Assembly: GCF_009914755.1 (NCBI RefSeq)
Contig: NC_060935.1
From: the human T2T-CHM13v2.0 reference genome, Homo sapiens
Length of the DNA stretch: 64,000 nucleotides
Strand: one strand, 5' to 3'
Position numbers and translations under genes: made by a program. How positions within the stretch are numbered: the stretch's first letter is position 1; every line of letters starts with the position of its first letter. Below the pieces are notes generated by a model, which had not been told where the DNA came from, did not search any database, and saw nothing but the letters and a program-made list of their open reading frames with translations. Positions 59,371-64,000 of this stretch are shown one piece after another.

Positions 59371-59874
59371 ATGAGTCATCGGTCAGACACCCTTCCTGTG
59401 CCCTCTGGTCAGAGGAGAGGCCGGGTCCCCAGAGACCACAGCATCTATACCCAGCTGTTGGAGATAACGCTGCACTTGCAGCAGGCCATGACGGAGCACT
59501 TCGTGCAGCTGACGAGCAGACAGGGCCTGTCGCTGGAGGAAAGGAGGCACACTGAGGCCATCTGTGAGCATGAAGCCCTTCTGAGTCGCTTAATATGCCG
59601 GATGATCAACCTCCTACAGTCTGGGGCCGCGAGTGGCCTGGAGCTCCAAGTGCCTCTTCCTTCTGAGGACTCTAGGGGTGATGTCAGATATGGGCAGAGG
59701 GCCCAACTCTCTGGGCAGCCTGATCCAGTTCCCCAACTGAGTGATTGTGAAGCTGCCTTTGTCAACCGCGACCTATCCATCCGTGGGATTGACATCTCTG
59801 TCTTTTATCAGTCGAGCTTCCAGGACTACAATGCCTACCAAAAAGATAAATATCATAAGGACAAGAACACCTTG
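59371..59874 (+). CDS. ACCSL: ACC synthase-like protein, coding exon 1 (168 codons, MSHRSDTL...KDKNTL)
   Basis: ATG at 59371 with A at -3; 504-nt open frame ending at donor TTG|GTGAGA, phase 0. The 3' end (YNAYQKDKYHKDKNTL) continues into GFINLGTSENKL, matching the ACS N-terminal box. Protein recognised from memory. Confidence 0.93.
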
Positions 59875-60455
59875 GTGAGAATTTGGGGTGGGGGGTGGGC
59901 AGCATCCTCACGGGCTCCAGTCACTTGGATTTACTGAGTCCTGGGCCAAGTGCTATATATGCTCTCATTCTTTATAGCCTTATGAAACGGGCACTCTTGT
60001 CATCTTGCAGATAAGGGAATAATTACAGAAATAAAGTGACATGCCCCAGAAAGTTAGAGAACTCCATCCACCCCCACATCCCTCCCTCTCCCTAATCCCA
60101 GCTCTTAATTATTAGGAGTTGGCCCCTGTGGTCACAGGGACAAATGAGCCTGCCGTTAAAGAACTTAGCGTAGTGATGAATGGAGTCAGCCACTGGGGCA
60201 CAGGCATTAATAATCTTCCCAAGAACGTGAAAGGGATGCCCACTTCAGGTGGTCTGGGAAGAGGTCTTAAAGGCTGAATCAGCCAGCCATGTGGTGATGG
60301 CCATGGCCATGACCCTCCAGGCAGGAGGAACAGCACACGTGAAACCTTCAAGATGCGAAGGGCTAGGAGTGATTGGGAAAGGAGGTCCAATGGCCAGAGT
60401 AGGGACCACTGGTGCTGTGGCAGGAGGTGTGAACAGAGGTGGATGGGAGGTGTTA

Positions 60456-60785
<330 letters not shown>

Positions 60786-61395
60786 TTACCCTAAGGGCGA
60801 TGGGGAACTGATGAAAGGCTTCCAGGAAAGGGGGTCCTTAGCAGCTCTCCAGCCAGAGGGTGGAGGGTGACATTAGCTATACCTTCCCCTTCTGTTCCTA
60901 TCTCTGTTCTCCTCTAATAACTTAGAAGGCCCTAATGTGTAAGGAGAAGTAGCAGAGGTAGGTGCCAGATGGGGCCTTGGGGATTAAGGGTCCAGGCTCA
61001 GGCGTCAGGTAGGTAGAGTTCTACTTTTCACCCAAGGTCACATGGCTAGTAGGCTATTCAACTTTTCTAAACTTCACTCTTTAAACTGGATTATATAGAA
61101 CCTTCTTTTCAGGAATTAAGACAACTCACAAGAAGCACTTGGTCTAGTATCTGGTACATAATAAGAACTCAATGACTGGTCGATAGGACATAACTTATTT
61201 ATGTGGCTCTAATGGGGAAATTTGCAAGCTGTACTATTTTGGGTTCATGGAAAGCTTTCCTAACGTGTAAAGTTGTCAAATTTGGATTGAATTGCCTCAT
61301 AGGCAGTGAGATCTCCATTTGAACTAATGTTTCAAGGGATCTATGTAGGGTGGAGCAAGAGGACTGACCTGATCTTGGATTCCTTCCATCTCCAG

Positions 61396-61455
61396 GGTTT
61401 CATTAACCTTGGCACCAGTGAGAACAAGCTCTGCATGGATCTGATGACTGAAAGA
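61396..61455 (+). CDS. ACCSL: ACCSL coding exon 2 (GFINLGTSENKLCMDLMTER)
   Basis: Acceptor ccttccatctccag|G, donor AGA|GTAAGG, 60 nt, phase 0-0; corresponds to ACS box 1 (GxIqmGLAENqL). Confidence 0.95.
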
Positions 61456-61885
61456 GTAAGGATGTTCTGGGCTGTGTTGGGACCCACCCCTTCAAGGCTT
61501 AGTCCCCCTAGCGTGCTCCTGAGCTATGGTAGATACAGGGGTGAGACATAGGAGCCTGGGAAGAGGAGTGAAGAAATAGCTTCTAGAATAGCACATTTAA
61601 CCTCCTGGCTTTGCTGACTGTCCAGAGATATTCTCTGATTAGGTATATGGTGGGAAAGTTGCTATGGGAACCTCTGGGTCAAATACTTCCCAGTGAGGTA
61701 TCTACTTGTGTAATTTATGACAAGATGGTAGCCTCCATTCATTAAGGAGCATGCAGTGTATATACCCATTCCCTTTCTAGGAGGTCATGTATGTGGAGGG
61801 CAAACACTCATGTACAAACTAGGAGTAGAATGAGGCCTCTTGAACTTCCCTGGCCTACCTGTCTTCATGTTCTATTTGTCAACAG

Positions 61886-61956
61886 TTGCAAGAAAGTGAC
61901 ATGAACTGCATTGAGGACACCTTGCTTCAGTACCCTGATTGGAGAGGGCAGCCATT
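61886..61956 (+). CDS. ACCSL: ACCSL coding exon 3 (LQESDMNCIEDTLLQYPDWRGQP-F)
   Basis: Acceptor tctatttgtcaacag|T, donor ATT|GTAAGT, 71 nt, phase 0-2; YPDWRG aligns with ACS box 2 (FQDYHG). Confidence 0.95.
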
Positions 61957-62133
61957 GTAAGTGACCTTCAGATTTAGAGTCTCTTGGTCCCACAGGCAGC
62001 TGTCCTTATCCAGAAGGAGGATTCAAGGCACCAAATTCCTGGTTGGTTACCTCCCTATCTCTTTGGGTAATAACTTCTAGAAAATGCCTAGAGCAAAACT
62101 TCATCAGGAGGCAGCCTGGTATAGTAGGAATAG

Positions 62134-62474
<341 letters not shown>

Positions 62475-62668
62475 AAGGCCTAAGTTCTTGTCCCAACTCT
62501 CATTTATTGTCTGTGTGACTTGGGGAGTTGATGGTCTTAGTCAGTAGCCCTGTAATATGAGGTTGGACTGAGTAGAAAAGGTCCCTGTTAGGCTGGACAA
62601 TGACCATCTAGACCATGAGTGAGGAAAGGGGCCCGGAAGCCACAAGGTCTCTCTGGGTCTGTTTACAG

Positions 62669-62738
62669 CCTGCGGGAAGAAGTGGCCCGGTTCCTGACCT
62701 ACTACTGCAGGGCACCTACCCGACTTGACCCAGAAAAT
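62669..62738 (+). CDS. ACCSL: ACCSL coding exon 4 (F-LREEVARFLTYYCRAPTRLDPEN)
   Basis: Acceptor gtctgtttacag|C, donor AAT|GTGAGT, 70 nt, phase 2-0; completes the split TT|C Phe codon. Confidence 0.95.
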
Positions 62739-62986
62739 GTGAGTCAGTTTCCCAGCCTTGCTGCCACCCTGGTGGAGGGCTATATTCTTGGAGGATGCTC
62801 TGCCCTTTCTAGGGGGTACAAGGAGAACCAGTGAAGACTCTCAGGGCCAGGGCAGCATGAAGGCCAATGTGTCCCAACTGAGGAGGCTCCCTGTGCCTGT
62901 TCTGCCCAGGGGGATGGAGAAAGCATGGCTACCCCTTCTCACATAGGTATTGGTTTTGACTTCTGCCTCTCATGTGTTGTCTTCAG

Positions 62987-63053
62987 GTGGTGGTTCTAAA
63001 TGGCTGCTGCTCTGTCTTCTGTGCCCTGGCCATGGTTCTGTGTGATCCAGGCG
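62987..63053 (+). CDS. ACCSL: ACCSL coding exon 5 (VVVLNGCCSVFCALAMVLCDPG-E)
   Basis: Acceptor tgttgtcttcag|G, donor GCG|GTAAGT, 67 nt, phase 0-1; matches the class I aminotransferase segment 'iv.t.Ga......l.dpGd'. Confidence 0.95.
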
Positions 63054-63995
63054 GTAAGTCAGTGGGCTCTCCTTTCACTCTCAGTGAAATACTAGCAACA
63101 CAGGTAGGAACACACGGGCACTGGACTTTGAGGAAGAAGAGCATCCTGACTCAAGGCCTTTTCCCCAAAGTGGTGGGCCTTCTCCCACACTGACTAGGTT
63201 ATCTTCCTATTTCTGTGGGAACAAGGGGTTTGGATTCTCCATTTAAGGGAAGAGAGACATGGTGGACCTCAAGGAGGTATGCCCCAGGAATGATGATGGG
63301 AGCCTACCTACTATGTTCATGGCTGGGCTTTTGGGCTCAGCTGCAATACAGACAGCCATGGCAATGGACTCAGACAATATAGATTTCTTATCTCTTCAGA
63401 AAAAGGCTAATTAGTCCTGGACCCAACAAGGTTGAGTGGACTGTTCTGAACCTCCCCGGTAACAATGCTTAAGCAAGAGGCTCCAATGTTAAAGAGCTCT
63501 GGATGCATCAAAAGAAGTGCTAAGATAGTCCCTTTCCTGCAAAGGAGCTTCTCTCAGCTCATCAGTAAGGCCAAATGGATGGGAAGAAAAGAACGTGAGA
63601 TCACCATGTCCAAATAACTGGAGCCCTCCTTGTGCATGGACCTTGACCTCTGATATTTGGCCTGAATCTGTTGAGACTTTCCTGATAACCATTGCTCCAT
63701 CTGCTAGTGAGCCTCGCTTGACTTGTGCCCTGGATTCTGAGTTACTCAGTGATATTCTTCCCTCTTCTTCTCTAGTGTACCCGCAAAGAAGAAACTAGAG
63801 TTTTGTTTCCCCCAGTGATGTCTATAATAATGGATAACTTTCATAGCACCTGAACCTAAGAACATTAATCCCCAGGTAGAAAGGATCGTGAAACTGACTT
63901 TTTTTCTGTCGATAGCTTTGCTAGTTTGGGGAGCCTGGCAACAGGCTCTGATTGGGAGACTTTGGACTGATAGCTCTGTCTCTCTGTGTTTCCAG

Positions 63996-64000
63996 AGGCC
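63996..64000 (+). CDS. ACCSL: ACCSL coding exon 6, first 5 nt (truncated by window end)
   Basis: Polypyrimidine acceptor ctctgtctctctgtgtttccag|AGGCC; G|AG GCC gives Glu-Ala, the expected continuation DPG-EA. Confidence 0.85.

Noticed and set aside
59875-59937. C-terminal 20 residues of the 210-aa ORF (VRIWGGGW...)
   Set aside because: Read-through into intron 1; homology continues in exon 2 via the donor at 59875.

Overview
This is repeat-rich primate genomic DNA, almost certainly human. About 59 kb is non-coding and built largely of Alu, L1, MIR/L2, MaLR/ERVL solo LTRs, MER DNA transposons and microsatellites. The 5' half of one spliced + strand gene follows. Five complete coding exons and the first 5 nt of a sixth (59371-59874, 61396-61455, 61886-61956, 62669-62738, 62987-63053, 63996->end) join with canonical GT-AG sites and matching phases into a PLP-dependent ACC-synthase/class I aminotransferase-like protein. 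I recognise it from memory as ACCSL (human 11p11.2); no database search was run. Nearly all other ORFs in the track are repeat-derived or chance. I found no convincing new multi-gene system. The best leads are: (i) active-site substitutions and a long N-terminal extension in ACCSL; (ii) a splice acceptor 41 nt upstream of the ACCSL start, implying a more distant first exon; (iii) an inverted Alu pair around exons 2-3; (iv) several repeat-free blocks with PBX/MEIS/HOX, CTCF or NF-Y/CRE motifs; (v) a nested transposon stack with a datable tandem duplication at 10.5-12.3 kb. Repeat subfamily names are by eye, and repeat boundaries are approximate unless a target-site duplication (TSD) is given.
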